From: Octopus sinensis
Lineage: Eukaryota
Direction of reading: 5' to 3'
NCBI RefSeq assembly: GCF_006345805.1
Contig: NC_043012.1
Location: 46,562,001 to 46,626,000, forward strand
Length of the DNA stretch: 64,000 nt
Position 1 is the stretch's first letter. Every line of letters starts with the position of its first letter. Below are positions 38,926 through 53,464 of the stretch, piece after piece. A program made the position numbers and the translations under genes. The notes below the pieces were generated by a model. That model did not search any database, was not told the origin of the DNA, and saw only the letters and a list, made by a program, of their open reading frames with translations.

Positions 38926-39254
38926 GAAGAAGAAGAAGAAGAAGAAGAGAAGAAGAAGAAGAAGAAGAAGAAGAAGAAGAAGAAATTATTTAAATGAGAT
39001 AAATAATTAACTATCATAGCCACCAAACTGCTTTAGACTTTACAGCATTTAATCCGAATTAAAGATAAGAAAAACAGAAAAAGTAATTTGCGTAAGAATA
39101 TTTTGTAGCTGATCTCCCTCTACCACCACCTTCAGTCAAAATGTTGCTTCTAACGCGACTACAACATCATTTCAGCTTTGGATTAATACTTACCTAAATC
39201 TTGCCCATATCATAAACCTTACATTTCAATAAACACTCAGTTAAACTACCATAC

Positions 39255-39545
39255 TCTACCATTTCAAATATTGTTGGTCCTATGCTGAAGAAGAAAACGG
39301 TTGGTAAAGTATAATTCTATATTCTTCATCCCAATCTAATTCTGAAACGCGCGTCCATAGGTAACCAGATATGGATTGATTTTCGTTACTTCTTCATCTC
39401 TGCCTGTGTGGATTGTTCTCAAGCATTTTGTTTTTTCTGGAAGTCCCTTTTTAAAGTAGAAGAAATAGCTAAGGTTTATTTGGCTGCTATTTCTAAACTT
39501 CGGTATGTGGTAAAGTAAATCTTTGCTGAACCCTAATTATTTAGT
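39255..39545 (+). mobile_element. F2 unit copy 1 with type I HHR at 39276-39366
   Basis: GGT-CCTATG-CTGAAGA-AGAA..TTCT-GAAAC-GCGC-GTC-CATAGG-TA-ACC; site after C39355. Confidence 0.85.
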
Positions 39546-39849
39546 ATTACTTAAGTTTACCATGAAATGGTCCTTTTTTCATGCCGATTTCTACTTGGTG
39601 AAATTATTGATTACTTCTTAATTAATTAATTTTACTCTTTGTTATTATTGATAATAGAATTTTCTCCCTGATAACAAGCTACAGATTTTTTTCTGTAGTA
39701 GTTTACTTGTAGACACACGAGGACGGGCAGGGGAGGGTAATTGAACCGCATTCATGTTTTGAATTCGGCAGCACTAACACTGAATATTATCTGTCTGATA
39801 CCGTTAGGTGGAGAGATATGTTCAATTATTCCAGTATCTTCGAATTTAA

Positions 39850-40245
<396 letters not shown>

Positions 40246-40300
40246 ATACATGTATGTATATATATATTATATATATATATACATGTATGTATATATATAT

Positions 40301-40359
<59 letters not shown>

Positions 40360-41584
40360 CATACATACGTACATATATTCTTTCTTTCTTTAATGCTTTT
40401 ATGTATCTACCCGCCGAGCTAGATGTGTTGACTTCAATACAGTGCAGTGGAACACAAGGAATTTGAAGGTCGTCTGAGTTTTAAACCCCATTTTTTAGTA
40501 ACTATTGTTCAAAACTATTCATCGGTTTAACGTTTATATCTCCTGCTGATTGATTCATGTGTATTATAATTTTAATTTATTGTTTAAATGTATATTTAAG
40601 CATTTATCTGATTGCTTTTCCTCTCCTCCAATCTTTTTCCAGTCTTTTCTTTAAATTAACGATTGCCAAGTCCCTAAACTTAGATCCAGCATCTTAATTG
40701 ACAATACGCAAATGAATTTATCATTTATTTTTTATTTTCAATACCAATCAAAATTTATCAATTATCTGCCACATATTGTATATATACAGGAGGATTTTGT
40801 ATGTATGCAAGAGAGTCGAACCAAATCGTTCTGTTTATGGAACAGCTAGACTTCTATATGTACATTTATTTGGTGCAGACATGTAAAATAATTTATTTTA
40901 CACAGAAACTATTATCATATGATGTGACTGCGTCGCCCTACAGTTATCAAGTGGTTAAATAACTATACTCACCTCTTATACCTCCAGGCATTTTATGATA
41001 TGCATGTGTCTATACATACATGCGTAGGCACAGATATATTTCAATAGATTGGTGAAGTGGAAGGAGCGAGTTAGATGGGTTAGGTCGATGCAATTGGTGT
41101 GATTCATTTCTCCATAATATCAGTAGATTTTTCTTTTTAAATCAACAACCACTGAGAGAAATTATTCCTCTGAAATCCAATAATATGACGAAAGTTTCAT
41201 CAACAATGCAACACATATTATCAATAATATTGAGAGAAGTATAACAAAATGTTCTTCGCGGAATACAAATGTAATACATAACAAGAGGAGAAAATGCTAA
41301 TAACATGGTTTATTTTTGTAAATGTTATCATCCTATTATTCGATAAAAGTTCAATAAATCATGTTCCCATAATTTATTATGAAGACTAAATATCAAAGAT
41401 TATAAACAAAGAGAATAATAGAAGAAATGTCAAAGATTGATTATTTTCCGACTAGTTTTCCTCATTTGAAACCAGCTCGATCAGCAGTTTACAGAAAAAC
41501 ACAACTTAAAAACTTACAGAAAAACCCATCTGCAAACAGAAATATTCATTCCTGCCACTTTCTGAAACTGATACAGACACATAT

Positions 41585-41629
41585 ATGCACAGACACACAG
41601 ACACGCAGACACGCAGACACAGACACACA

Positions 41630-41671
<42 letters not shown>

Positions 41672-41680
41672 TACATGTAC

Positions 41681-41719
<39 letters not shown>

Positions 41720-42006
41720 TACATGTACGGATGCATGAAAAAACACACACATATATACACACATAAGCGTCTGTGTGTGTGTTTGTGTAGTTGTGCTCTT
41801 GTCTGTGTGTATACGTGTCACTGGTTGTACATGTGTATGTGTTTTCCTGTATCCATGCATATATCTTCAAATCATGTATATATCTCTATTAAACTATCGT
41901 TGCGTAAATACATATATTCCTGTATTCACACATATAAGAAGTCTGATATACACACATACACACACAGAGACACACACACACAGACACAGACACACACACA
42001 CACACA

Positions 42007-42075
<69 letters not shown>
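41585..42075 (+). repeat. compound (CA)n/(TA)n region with a short local duplication (cacaattacatgtacgga twice)
   Basis: direct inspection; source of the HT/VC/YI-rich ORFs. Confidence 0.9.
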
Positions 42076-42078
<3 letters not shown>

Positions 42079-44833
42079 GCATACTTTAATAGATTTTTCC
42101 AGCAGATACAATATAATACATATATGTTTAAGTACACGAAACAACAGCTAATAAATAACTTACAATTCAGTAAACTTCAGATACATACGTTATTGAGGTC
42201 GGCCATACCCATCAGTTAAGCATAACGTTTTATCATGTTATCTTTTGATTTGAATAATCACCATAAATGAGATCGTTAGGTCTTGGATGGAATCTATACT
42301 TTTGCGACCAATGAATACTTGCTAACTAACCAACAAACCTCACAAATTGCACTCCATACTTGCCGCCTTTCAAACATGTCGGTGATTTGTGCAGCCCAAT
42401 GATATAATTGCTTCCTAGACCATTAAGAACATCTCGCAACCTTACAACTCATGATGTATATCAGTATATTATATCGTTTAAGGTTTATGCGATTGAAGGA
42501 ATGAATAGATGAATAAATACATTCTCGTACGCACGCATGTAACAAATATAAACAGATACACATGCTCATACAGACACTTATGCGTATACGTATGTATGGG
42601 ATATGTATTCACGCGGGGTGTTTGTGTGTACTCGTGCGTGGATGTGCATGAGAGTGTGCGTGTGTTCGAGTGTTTCAAGAGTTGTATCTAACTGATATAC
42701 ACAGATATATTGATTGCGTAGTTACCCTATTCACGCTCTTCCTTGACCATAGGCATTCCAGCACTACGCGTCTAGTATATTTTGTATATCAGGGACTAAA
42801 CTGATCAATGTATTCTTCTTTACTTAAGATGGTTGAGTGTGATCTGATGGAGACAGGGCTGTTATTCCACGAAGATCGAACGACCGTTATGAGGTATCTT
42901 CTTTGATTACATATACTCATTTTACTTGTATTTTGGTGAGAGAGGTAATATAGCGTGTAGGCTGAGAAGAATACTTAATAACCCGCATAAATAATCCTTT
43001 CTCTCATACTAAATCGCCCTTCGGTTAAAATTATGCATATGAGTGAACAAACATATAATCAAGTATTTCTGTATACAAATTTTGGAAATATCACACAAAC
43101 TGCATTTCCCAGTCTGGAACATTTAGAGACACGAGCCAATTCATGCCTCCTTTGCCCAGCTGCTGACTTGCTAGATATAACAGCCAATTGTTTTTTAAAC
43201 TATACGGTACTGACTTCATAATAGAAAGACACATTGGATAAAACCTGGCGAGCCTTTCATTCCAGGTTTACTTGATCAGATATGACAGGAGGTTAAAAAA
43301 GCAAAGAGAAGAACCTTCGAATATAATTTTTAAAAAAAACTTTCTTGTTTTTGTGATAGAAAATTCAATTCTCAAGTGGATTGCTAAAGAGATAGTGAAG
43401 TTCATTCATTTGTAACTTGAATAGTGTAAAATGGGTTTCAACTAAAAATTTACACCGTGGCATGTCACTCTGCATATGTTAAGTAAAACATATTTTTTAT
43501 ACTGGTGGAAAGCTTTATATTTGAGTAAAGATAAATGGAATGATATGCTAGCTGTGCATTTCTCGAGGGCATTAGTAATGAGAATGAATTAACATTGCAT
43601 GAACTGAAATGAAAGGTTATAAACGCGAGGTGTAATGAAAATTGTAGCAGAAGAGATTATCATGTATTCATCTCACCAGCTGTTACCACCTTGCTTATCT
43701 GAGTGCGCCAAATAAGATAGATGAAATATTGATTTATGTTCAATAGAGGCAATGACCTTGATTTTTAAGAGATGGGAACGGAAAAGAAGTGATAACGAAC
43801 ATGCACTCCTAAATGGCGTAAAATGGGTCAGTGAATTAAATATTTTAGTCTGTAATTTCAAAGCATATCACGTTATATTGTCAGCATCATAGATATAACG
43901 GTGCTTTTAATGAGAATGAAACAATCTGCAACAAGCTGTTGTTCATACGTGATTTTATACACAAGAACCCTCAAATATCTGAAATCCATTCTGAAACAGC
44001 ATCTAAAAGTACATATGGTACACAAAGACTATTTAAATCATACTCCATCAACATTGCAGCCTTAAGTAAACAACTATTTTGTTAAAACACTTAAATCTAA
44101 GCTTTTCAACCCAAGATTACGTTTTATTTACTGAGGAAAATGTTGAAGTATTTAAATATAAATATGACTATAATCACACATACACCCACAAACATATAAT
44201 ACCATAGAAACACGCGTATACATATGAATGGATCGTATACATTACATAAACATGTATTACTCTATTTTAAGAGACAAAAAGCTTCTATTAATATTTTTAC
44301 ATCACGTTTATTTTTCTTCTGCACAGAAATACAAATATTTGATTTAGTTTTCTTCAACCACACCTATTTAATCTCACATATTTATTTTTAGAAATATATT
44401 CTCAAATGCACTGTCAAAAATACATATAGCTTCAAATATATATGCATATAATATACATACTACATATGTACGTTTTTGTGTATGTGTGAGAGCATGTGCG
44501 AAATATATGCATGGTTATATATGTGTACGCTCATGTATGTTTTGTATGGGTATATTAATGCCATGATACATGCATGTAAGCATGTATGTATCTATGTATG
44601 TGTACCCTCTTGGGTATGTATGCGTATATTTGTTGTTGCGTATGATACACATTGCAATCACGACACAATGAAATAGCTCTGGCAGACACTTTTACAGCTG
44701 TGCGCAGAACCATTATACTGTAAACAAACGTTCAGCTTTCTTATTGCTCTTCATACACACACGCAAGTACACATACGCATGTACACGCACACGCACATAT
44801 ATTTTTATACATACATACATATTTATACATATT

Positions 44834-44880
<47 letters not shown>

Positions 44881-44898
44881 TTATATATATATATATAT

Positions 44899-45100
44899 AT
44901 GGGAACGCCATGATGGACCATTAGCTGCTACACACATTTTTTCTCTCCTTGTTTCTTTTCTGTGTATCTTTCTGTCGAAGAGCGTAGGCTCGAAACGTAA
45001 AAGACTTATTTTATTTCTATTCCTGAGCGCCATACTAATACAATTGTTTGTTTGTACTCCACATGCCTTCGTCTTTTGTTTATTTTCGTAAAACTTCCCG

Positions 45101-45102
<2 letters not shown>
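44899..45102 (+). mobile_element. F1 family copy, HHR-like motif at 44967-45004
   Basis: TCTTT-CTGTCGA-A-GAGC-GTAG-GCTC-GAAAC-GT-A-AAAGA; (TA)n on both sides. Confidence 0.78.
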
Positions 45103-45143
<41 letters not shown>

Positions 45144-46866
45144 TACTCACACACACAAACATATATATACACACTCATACACGCATATATATATGTATGT
45201 GTGTGTATATGTATGTTTGTCTGTGTGTAAGTATGTATACATAAGTATGTATACTGCAAAAACCTATAAATAGTATACAAACAAATAAAAACTTGCAGTT
45301 AAATAGACCCTTATATAACAAGATCAATAATGACTTCAGTCATAACAGGTGCTATTCTGTTTACATACTTGATACCTTTATGTTGACATCCTCACAAGTT
45401 TCATTGCAATACTAATGATAGTTTATTTTCCATGATCGTTTCCCTGTGTTTTGCTTGATATTTACCTCTTTTATTCGATTTTCTGTTACCTCAGTGTTTT
45501 TATTATTTCTTTTTTCTTTTTTTTTTTTGTTAACTTCACTCTCTGACTATTCGACATTATATCATTCAAACTCTTCGTCCTTTGCTTTTTTCGTTACTTC
45601 TTTGGGGACTATTCTCTTATGGCATTTGTTTCCGTCGCATCTCTGCGTGTATATATCGCTATACTTCTGTATCATAAAGTTTTCTAGTTACAATTATCCC
45701 GTATTCCGTGTGCTTTTCTTTTAACGTTTCACTTCTCGTTCCTTTATGTTTATTCTTGAACTTGAAGGGAGAAATTGCCTATGAAATCAATAATCAATCA
45801 TACTACTCCACTCTCGTCCCAAATTTCTACAGCTCTGCAAAAGAAAGAAATGACCCATCGCTGCATAATGCAACACTCATTCTACTAGATACGAATCATC
45901 ACCATTCCACCGAACAGATTACGATTCATATTTCAGCTTTGCAGATCAGCTACTATAGTCTACTCCCCGTACCTAATAATCTCTAGAACTTAATATACCA
46001 TAACTACAAAAAGTTTTGTCTCTTCATCTCAATTTGCAGAAAGTAATTTGTAGTTTTACTCGAACACATTGAATTTTCCTTGTGTCGGTGACAAGATAGT
46101 GCATCTGGTATTAGTGAATGTAGTTATCTGATGTAAGATAGCTTGCATTTGCAAGCTCCCTTCGAAGCAGTTTTTACAATCATAGTCACATCTCACCTTA
46201 GTGCAGAGTCAGTGGTTGATCGGAGAATATATTCTGATGACGAGAACGGGGCCGTTTTTTTTCTGTCTGTAATAAATGAAAGGTAGGTACCATATATCAG
46301 CGATTCGAATTAAAAGTTGTTAATTTCCTGTTGTAGCACGATAAGAGAGAGTGACGATATAACGAAAGATTAAATGTTAGTGTTACAACTATGTACATTC
46401 TAAACATTGTTGTGGAATCAACAAATGTACAGTTGGTTTGAAGGTGATTTATCGTGGTTGTATGTAAATATAGATTGCATGCCGTAAATTTCGAAGAAAT
46501 AAAGAGTTGTACTCTTAGTATATTGTATAATAATATAATAGAAACATGATAAGCATAACAGTGCTTGTACATAATAGCAAGGGCTGGTAGAGTTGATACC
46601 AACTGTAGTAGTACCACGTTTTCTATCACACCTAGGCATACTATGATTGTTTACTTGATAAAAGTATATCATAAATAGATTCAAAATACTCTTCCCCCTA
46701 AACCAACTTAAAGCATTTGCAACTCGTGAAGAGTAACTTTATTTGTAATGCCTTTGACAGAAAATTGCTGCCTTTAGGTTACACATTACGTTGCTCATTT
46801 AGAGAAATTAAATTTGCAATTCTACATACATAGTTTGCCAGAGTCGTTATTGTTATGTTTCTTCTA

Positions 46867-47786
46867 TTTATCTCCGCCAAGAAACGAGGTTATGTTTTGA
46901 TCGACGTTGGTTTGTCCGTCTGTCCGTCTCTGTGCTAAATATCTCAAAAAGTTGTGAACGGTATTTGATGAAACTTGCAGTCCGCAGCTAGTAATGACAC
47001 AAGGAACAGATGAGATGTTGGTAATGATCCGGGAAATTGTATGGATTCTTGAAGGATTTTTCATTTGTTATATATATTTGACATGAAGTATTACAATGTT
47101 ACGTTCTTTGATTATCTCCCTTGAAAACACGTTTATCCTTTCCACGTAACTTATGGTAGCGTTGCTTTTGCCAAAGTTTTATTTTTGCTTCTCTATTAGT
47201 AGTTTTACTCGCGTATCTATGGACTCTTGAGGGATGATTGATATTATTCTGACCATAGAGGGATGTAAAGTAGGTAGGTAGGTAGGTTTAGTTTTGTAAG
47301 TAGACAGATACCTCTTTAATCTTTGGCAAGGAATCATCTGACCATCGTCCTTGGTGATTTCAACGTGGACCTTCTTGATTTCCCTTTTGACAACTATGAA
47401 CCAGTTTGGGTTCGACTAACTAGTCCAAAAAACCACCATGGACAATGGAAGCCTGCTAGATCATGTTTATTTGAACCAAGATCGGCGTCCACAAGCCACC
47501 GTAACAGGCTCTTACTTTTCCGACCAAGTTTTAGGTAATTGTTGTTTCCGTTTAGTTGTATGGTGAAACTAGCTTGCTGTTGTCATTGATGTACTATAAC
47601 TGCTTTAGATAATTCCTGTTTTTAAAGGTTTTTTTTAAAGTGTTATTTTTTTAACCCCGCCAAGGAGGTTATGTTTTTGCCGGAGTTGGTTTGGGAAATT
47701 GGGCGATTTTCAGCATGCGTGTATATGAGTGGAAATGATCTGCTTGGCGGACGGAGGTCTGCGCTTTCCGAATGCTTTTCTAGTTT
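46867..47786 (+). mobile_element. Helentron/DINE-1-like (HINE) remnant with an AP-endonuclease fragment
   Basis: 5' ends TTATCTCCGCCAAG (46868, followed by gtccgtctgtccgtct) and TTAACCCCGCCAAGGAGGTTATG (47651); 3' subterminal CTTGGCGG at 47743-47750, then a degenerate hairpin and TTCTAGTTT; IVLGDFNVDLL and TTMDNGSLLDHVYLN..YFSDQ at 47330-47530. Confidence 0.65.
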
Positions 47787-48008
47787 GATATACTTTTTAC
47801 GAGGTACACACATAGAGATACGCGCGCACGCACGCACACATGCACGCACATAGTCGGGCACGGGAAAACAAAATTTGTTTTAACACACAAATTCACGTAA
47901 AGAACCTTTCTAACCAGATACAAAACAAAAAGGAATTATGTTTGTGTGTGTGTATGTGCGTGTGTGTGTGTGTGTGTGTATGTGTGTGTGTTTGTATGTG
48001 TGTGTGTT

Positions 48009-48051
<43 letters not shown>

Positions 48052-48959
48052 TGTGTGTGTGTATGTATGTGTGTGTGATAATTGCCGCTTTATATTCCGA
48101 TTTAAGAATGGTCAATTTTTTCTGATGCAAGACAGCTTGCATTTGCAATGTAGAAGCGCTCTTCTCGCTTCGAAGCAGTTTTTACAATCTCTCTCTCGCC
48201 CTCACTCTCTTTCTCTCTTTCTCTCTCTCATGGTAGTTGATAAACTTTGCATGGTTTTAGTTGGAGGTTCACTAAGCTCCATCGACATCCATCTACGTAC
48301 GTTCAGGTGCGCATCCTGCATGTGCATTATATATCTTTCATCTCTCTCAACACAACAATCCCCACCCAGGAAATCCCTTTAACACAGTCACTGAGAACTT
48401 TAGATTCATGACCAACATAATCATATTTTTGGCTACTTTCACAATATGAATATGTACGTACACGAAACTGCGTGATAACCAGAAGCTTTGCAACTATCTC
48501 CAACACGCGCATAATTTAACCGTGAACAACCATTTCAACAAAACTGAAAACTTCACTAACCACCTGTTGATACCCAACATTCCAGCTACCTATAGATCAG
48601 CACACTCCAGGTAATACAATTAACAGCACATATATGTTAACATTTGGAATATGATCTCGCTTAGGGATGAAAGAGAACGAATTCGAAGGGAACTTCTAAC
48701 ATTCATTTAGCGCTTTAACATTTTATAATGGAATAAAAGCAAAGTAAGTCTAAATCTTTGATATAATCTTACAGGTTTGAGAGTTACGCTATCAACAACG
48801 GATTCGATAACATACTCAACATATTTAACACGTATGAAACAGTTTCAAGTGTTACAACTTAAATCTTTACTATAATACGGAATCGAAAATTTCTCGAAAT
48901 CTTCTAAAATAAAGAATTATTGCTCTAAAAATTTATATATATTATATTATAATATAATT

Positions 48960-49127
48960 GTAGGAGTGGATTGGTGGTAAGAAGCTTGCTTACGAACCGC
49001 ATAGTTCCAGTTTCAGCTCCACAGCGTGGCAACTTGGGCAAGTGTCTTCTACTATAGCCTCGGGCTGACCAAAGCCTTGTGAGTGGATTTGGTAGACGGA
49101 AACTGAAAAAAGCCCGTCGTATATATG

Positions 49128-49165
<38 letters not shown>

Positions 49166-49172
49166 TATGTGT

Positions 49173-49221
<49 letters not shown>

Positions 49222-49425
49222 TTGTGCGTCTGTGTTTACTCCCCCCTCCCAACATCGCTTGACAACCGATGCTTTGTTTACGTCCCAGTAACTTAGCGGT
49301 TCGGCGAAAGAGACCGATAGAATAAGTACGAGGCTTACAAAGAATAAGTTCTGGGGGCGATTTGCTAGACTAAAGGCGGTGCTCCAGCATGGCCACAGCC
49401 AAATGTGTGAAACAAGTAAAATAAG
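48960..49425 (+). mobile_element. tRNA-derived SINE family A, full length
   Basis: GTAGGAGTGGATTGGTGGTAAG head, internal (TA)/(TG) tract, GGCGGTGCTCCAGCATGGCCACAG tail. Confidence 0.88.
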
Positions 49426-49426
49426 T

Positions 49427-49990
49427 ACCAGGCAGTGGCTCTCATGGCTTCTGATCTTAACTGATTGGAAGTGTTATCATGTACATTGTTTTGTCTTGGT
49501 ATAAAAGATGGGCTACAGCAAATATTCTGCTCAATACCACAGATTTGCTTGTCAGTTGTTTGACCTTAACCAGTTGAGCATGTCCCTTAGTGGCTGACGA
49601 TATGTGCATCTCTGATCACGAGCAGAAGTAGTGGGGGAGCATCATGGCCATGTGTTGAGAGGGATTCTTTGGAGTTTGAATGGTTCACCTCTGGAAACAT
49701 AGGTGTTTCGTTCAACATCCTAAAGCAACCCTTATTCAGGGACCGTTTGAGCAGGATGGGCTACTCAACCTGAAGAAAATTGTAACTGGGCCCCACCTGC
49801 AAGGTCATGTGCTGTTTATCTTGATATGAGATCACCATGTCGCGCACATATGGTTGTGATGCATGTGCCTGGTGTACCTTTATCAGACGGGTAATCATGA
49901 TGGGTATATTGGGCTTCGTATATTTTACCCCAGTGTCACTTTGATGGCATGAACTGCTCTCTCACTCAATAATAATAATAATAATAATGA
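49427..49990 (+). repeat. probable interspersed repeat with (AAT)n tail, family unassigned
   Basis: about 550-bp block with higher GC than its flanks, no ORF, ends ctcactc(AAT)n; single copy in this window. Confidence 0.4.
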
Positions 49991-49994
49991 TAAT

Positions 49995-51530
49995 GATTAT
50001 AATGTCGCATGGGATCTCCAGTTACCTTAAGAAGTTTTGAAGTTTCGATTGGATTAATCCCAACTCTCCGATCACCACTGGGGTCACTTTTACATTACTC
50101 TCTCGCATTCCATACAGTCTTGCCATATCTATTTTCAATTCGGAGTACTTGGTGATTTTTTCAACCTCTTTACTCACATCATTCATGTCATTTGGTATGT
50201 CTACATCAATGATCTGACAGTAGTCGTCTCTCTTACTCAATATGACAATATCCGGCCGACGGTGTTCGATTACACGATCCGTGTGAAAATCACGGTTCCA
50301 GGTAATCGTTACTTTCCCTTCCTCCTGCATAACTTTACATGGTACATGCTCATACCAGTTCTCTGTTACTTCATATTGGTATTCATGGCACGAGAGCCAA
50401 TGAAGATACACACACATTATCGTGGCGAAGCTTGTTTTCTCTTTGTGCAAAGTTTTCTCATCTACTTACCAATAGAGTCACATTTTCCTCACTCTTTCCA
50501 CAGAGTCTGCATTTCTGGGTATTAGAAGTTTTATAGATTTTATACTTCACTGATTTGGTAGCGATATCCTGGTCTTCTACAGCAATGATCAGGTTTTTGG
50601 TGGTACTTTTCAAATCACCTCGCTCAAGCCATGCCTACGATGTTGTATTATTCTTAACGTCCTGTGTATTCCTTTCAAGCTCCCCATGCATTTTCATTTC
50701 ACAAAAGTCTTCTTTCCTCGTCTCCTAAGCTCTTTGGTAAAACTCATTCTTGGCCATCATTTCATCTGCATTTGCACGCATATCTTTCGCAGCATATTTC
50801 AGCAGATCTTCATCACGAATTATCAAATACCCGGCAACCGTTCTCCGTTCACTCCCTATACACTGGTATATATTATTTATGTCCTCTGCCACCATTCTTT
50901 CTTCTCATATACGGCCGCTTAAGTTTACCTTATGGCGTATCACCCTATGCAGCGTCATCAACTTTCTCTTCCTCCCATCTAGTGTTGATATTTCCTCCTT
51001 AGTCCATTTTAGGATCAATGCACTATATCTGGCCACTGCAACTGCCCAGATATTCATTGCAGTAATCAAAATTCTGGCATACAGTTTGGATTTCAACAAA
51101 ATATTCACCCTTTTTTTTTATACGCCTCGCTGACCTTGCCATTCATTTCCCTGTGTAGAATGTCATCCAGCTCCAAAATCCCTAAATATATATACCCACT
51201 ACCGTCGGGTTCACTCATGGTCTCTCCTGATGCTAACCGCAATATTCTGCAGGCAGCTTCCTTCCTTCTTTTCATATTAAATACTGAGCATTTGGTAATC
51301 CCACATTCCATACCGATGTCCCAACTACTTTCAATACCTGTTTTAGTTAAGGAATCTATCCGTTTTCTCAGATTACCCAAACAATTTCAGGTCATCCATA
51401 ATCATAGACCTTTCTTCCCACATCGGTAACACACCTTCACTTTCCTAACTGTCGTTGTTATGGATATTAGTGCAATTAAAAATAGTAACGGATAAAACAG
51501 GTCACTTTGGAGGATACATCATTACTTGAG
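49995..51530 (-). mobile_element. decayed R4/Dong-like LINE, element B (RT domains 4-7 through RLE)
   Basis: GMECGITKC..YIYLGILE, SKLYARILITAMNIWAV, WYEHVP..DFHTDRVIEHRRPDIVI..QIIDVDIPND..EKITKYSEL..PVVIGELG. Confidence 0.85.
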
Positions 51531-51544
51531 CATAATTTAGTTTT

Positions 51545-53200
51545 CATGCTATGCATCAGAAAACTTCATGGACCGTTGCTGTTCTAGTTTTAGTTTGGAT
51601 TTCATTTGTTTTATATATTTTGTTGTTTCTCCTTCTTCTTCATATTTGTTAGGTAGTATGATTTTCTGTTTTTATTTGTCAGCTTCCTTAAATACTGTGA
51701 TCAGTCTTTTGTTTTGTTCGTGTTTTGTGGCTATTTGTATTAGTTTTCCTTGCTTCTAATGTAAGTATTTTTGCATTCCTATAGTGGTTATTTTATAATC
51801 GTTTTTCAGCTGTATAAAGCCTCTACCACCTTCTATGGGTTGTATATATAGCCTTACTATGTCAGATTTTGGGTGGTCCATCTTAAATCCTGTCATTATT
51901 TTTCTAGTTTTCCTGTCTATTTTGGTTACTTCATGTAGTGTCCAGTTAAGGATATTGTAGCTGTAACTTATAACTGGGTCGGCTAAAGTGTTAATACCTA
52001 CTATCTTGTTTTTAGCATTGAGCTCTGTTTTTATTATTGATCTAACTCGTCTATAGTATTCTTTCTTTATTTTCTCTTTCATGTGTGTGTGTTGTATCAT
52101 ATCTAGTTCATGGATTCCTAAATATTTGTATGTCTGGCTTTGGTCTAATTCTTTTATTTCATTAGCTTTATCCAGTGTGATGTTGCTGCTCTTAACTAGT
52201 TTTCCTCTTTTCAGGGTTGCTTTTGCACATTTTTCTAATACAAATTTCATATCTATTTCTTCGGTAAATCCATGTACTGTCTGTACTAGTGTTTCCAGCT
52301 GTTTATCATTTGTAGCTTATAGTTTTAGGTCATGCGTATATAAAAAGTGACTGATTGTTTTGCCGTAACATTTGTATCTGCATCCAGTTCTATTTAGCAT
52401 GTCAGATAAAGGTATCAGTGCCAAGCAGAAAAAGAGTGGAATATTCCTCTTCTAATGGGGATAACTTTGGTTGTCACGAGTCCCTCTTTTGTTTGGAGCT
52501 TTAGTACTGTCTGCCATGTATTCATAGAGTGTCTTATGTATTTCATAATTATTGGTGCTACCTTGTTAATGGCTAGTGTTTCGAGGATCCACGTGTTGGG
52601 AATACTATCAAAAGCCTTTCGGTATCCTATCCAAGCCATACTGAGGTATTTCTTCTTTCTGCGGCTGTGTACAGTTATGGCTTTATTGATCATTAGTTGA
52701 TCTTTACAGGTCTATGAGCCCTTGCAGCATCCCTTCTGCTCTTCTGGAAACAGGTTGTTTTCTTCCAGATACTTGCACAATCTCTGCGATATTATTGCAG
52801 TAAAGGGATTTTAAATTGTAGGGAGACAGTTTATAGGTATGTAGCTTTTTGGTTTTGCCGTTTCAGTGGATTTGGGAATTAGGATTGTTTTCCCTTTCGT
52901 GAGCCATTCAGGCATCGTCTCTGGCTCTGCTACTATGTCGTTAACGTTTTCAGCCAGATTTTTGTGTATACCTGTCAGATATTTTAACTAGAAGTTGAGG
53001 ATCTTGTCGTGCCAGGTGCCTTCTAGTTGCTTAGTCTTTGCACCGCTTGGGTGACCTCTTCAGTTGTTATAGGGGTCCAGAATTGCTCAGGTGCTAAGTT
53101 CGTTGTTTTAATAGTCTGAGGTTTTTCCCCCACCGACCACATTTCTCTCCAAAATTGTTCCACTTCTGCTGTTGGTGCTGCAGTCTATTTTATTTTTGTC
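51545..53200 (-). mobile_element. decayed R4/Dong-like LINE, element A (RT domains 0-7 and thumb)
   Basis: KAPGHDKI, PEWLTKGKTILIPK, PINCLPTI, FPEEQKGC, WIGYRKAFDSIPNTWI, IRRGIF, EKCAKATLKRGK, TYKYLGI, RLYI..GGRG. Confidence 0.88.
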
Positions 53201-53464
53201 CTCAAAGACATTTAAATAGATAGGGGATTTCTAAGGATGTGTGTAGTACTTGTTGGTACAATCTTTCAGATTTCTCTGAGACATGGTTCTCCTGATATTT
53301 TCTAGAAGTTTCTGACATCTCTTTTTCATCATTCCCAAGGCACCTATAATGACAAAAACAGTCCTTGCTTTAAGATGCCAAATATTTTGTATTTCAATTT
53401 CCAGTTCATTATATTTACTTACTTTGTCAAATTCCTTTATAGATACATTATGATCAGTCGATTA

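Noticed and set aside
41585-42151. 188-aa ORF and many similar HT-, YI- or VC-rich ORFs (e.g. 6094-6531, 47840-48382, 61863-62165)
   Set aside because: They are translations of (CA)n, (TA)n and (TG)n microsatellites and carry no coding signal.
43241-43272. Collagen-like KPGMKGSPGF on the minus strand
   Set aside because: It spans only three triplets; a 27-nt phase-1 exon would need an AA acceptor, and the donor is poor.
46234-46260. CTGATGA followed by a hairpin
   Set aside because: No GAAA or helix III follows, so it is not a hammerhead.
48960-49050. tRNA genes at SINE heads (also 13270-13351, 28080-28154, 59305-59380)
   Set aside because: A and B boxes are present but no full cloverleaf, and each continues into a shared SINE body.
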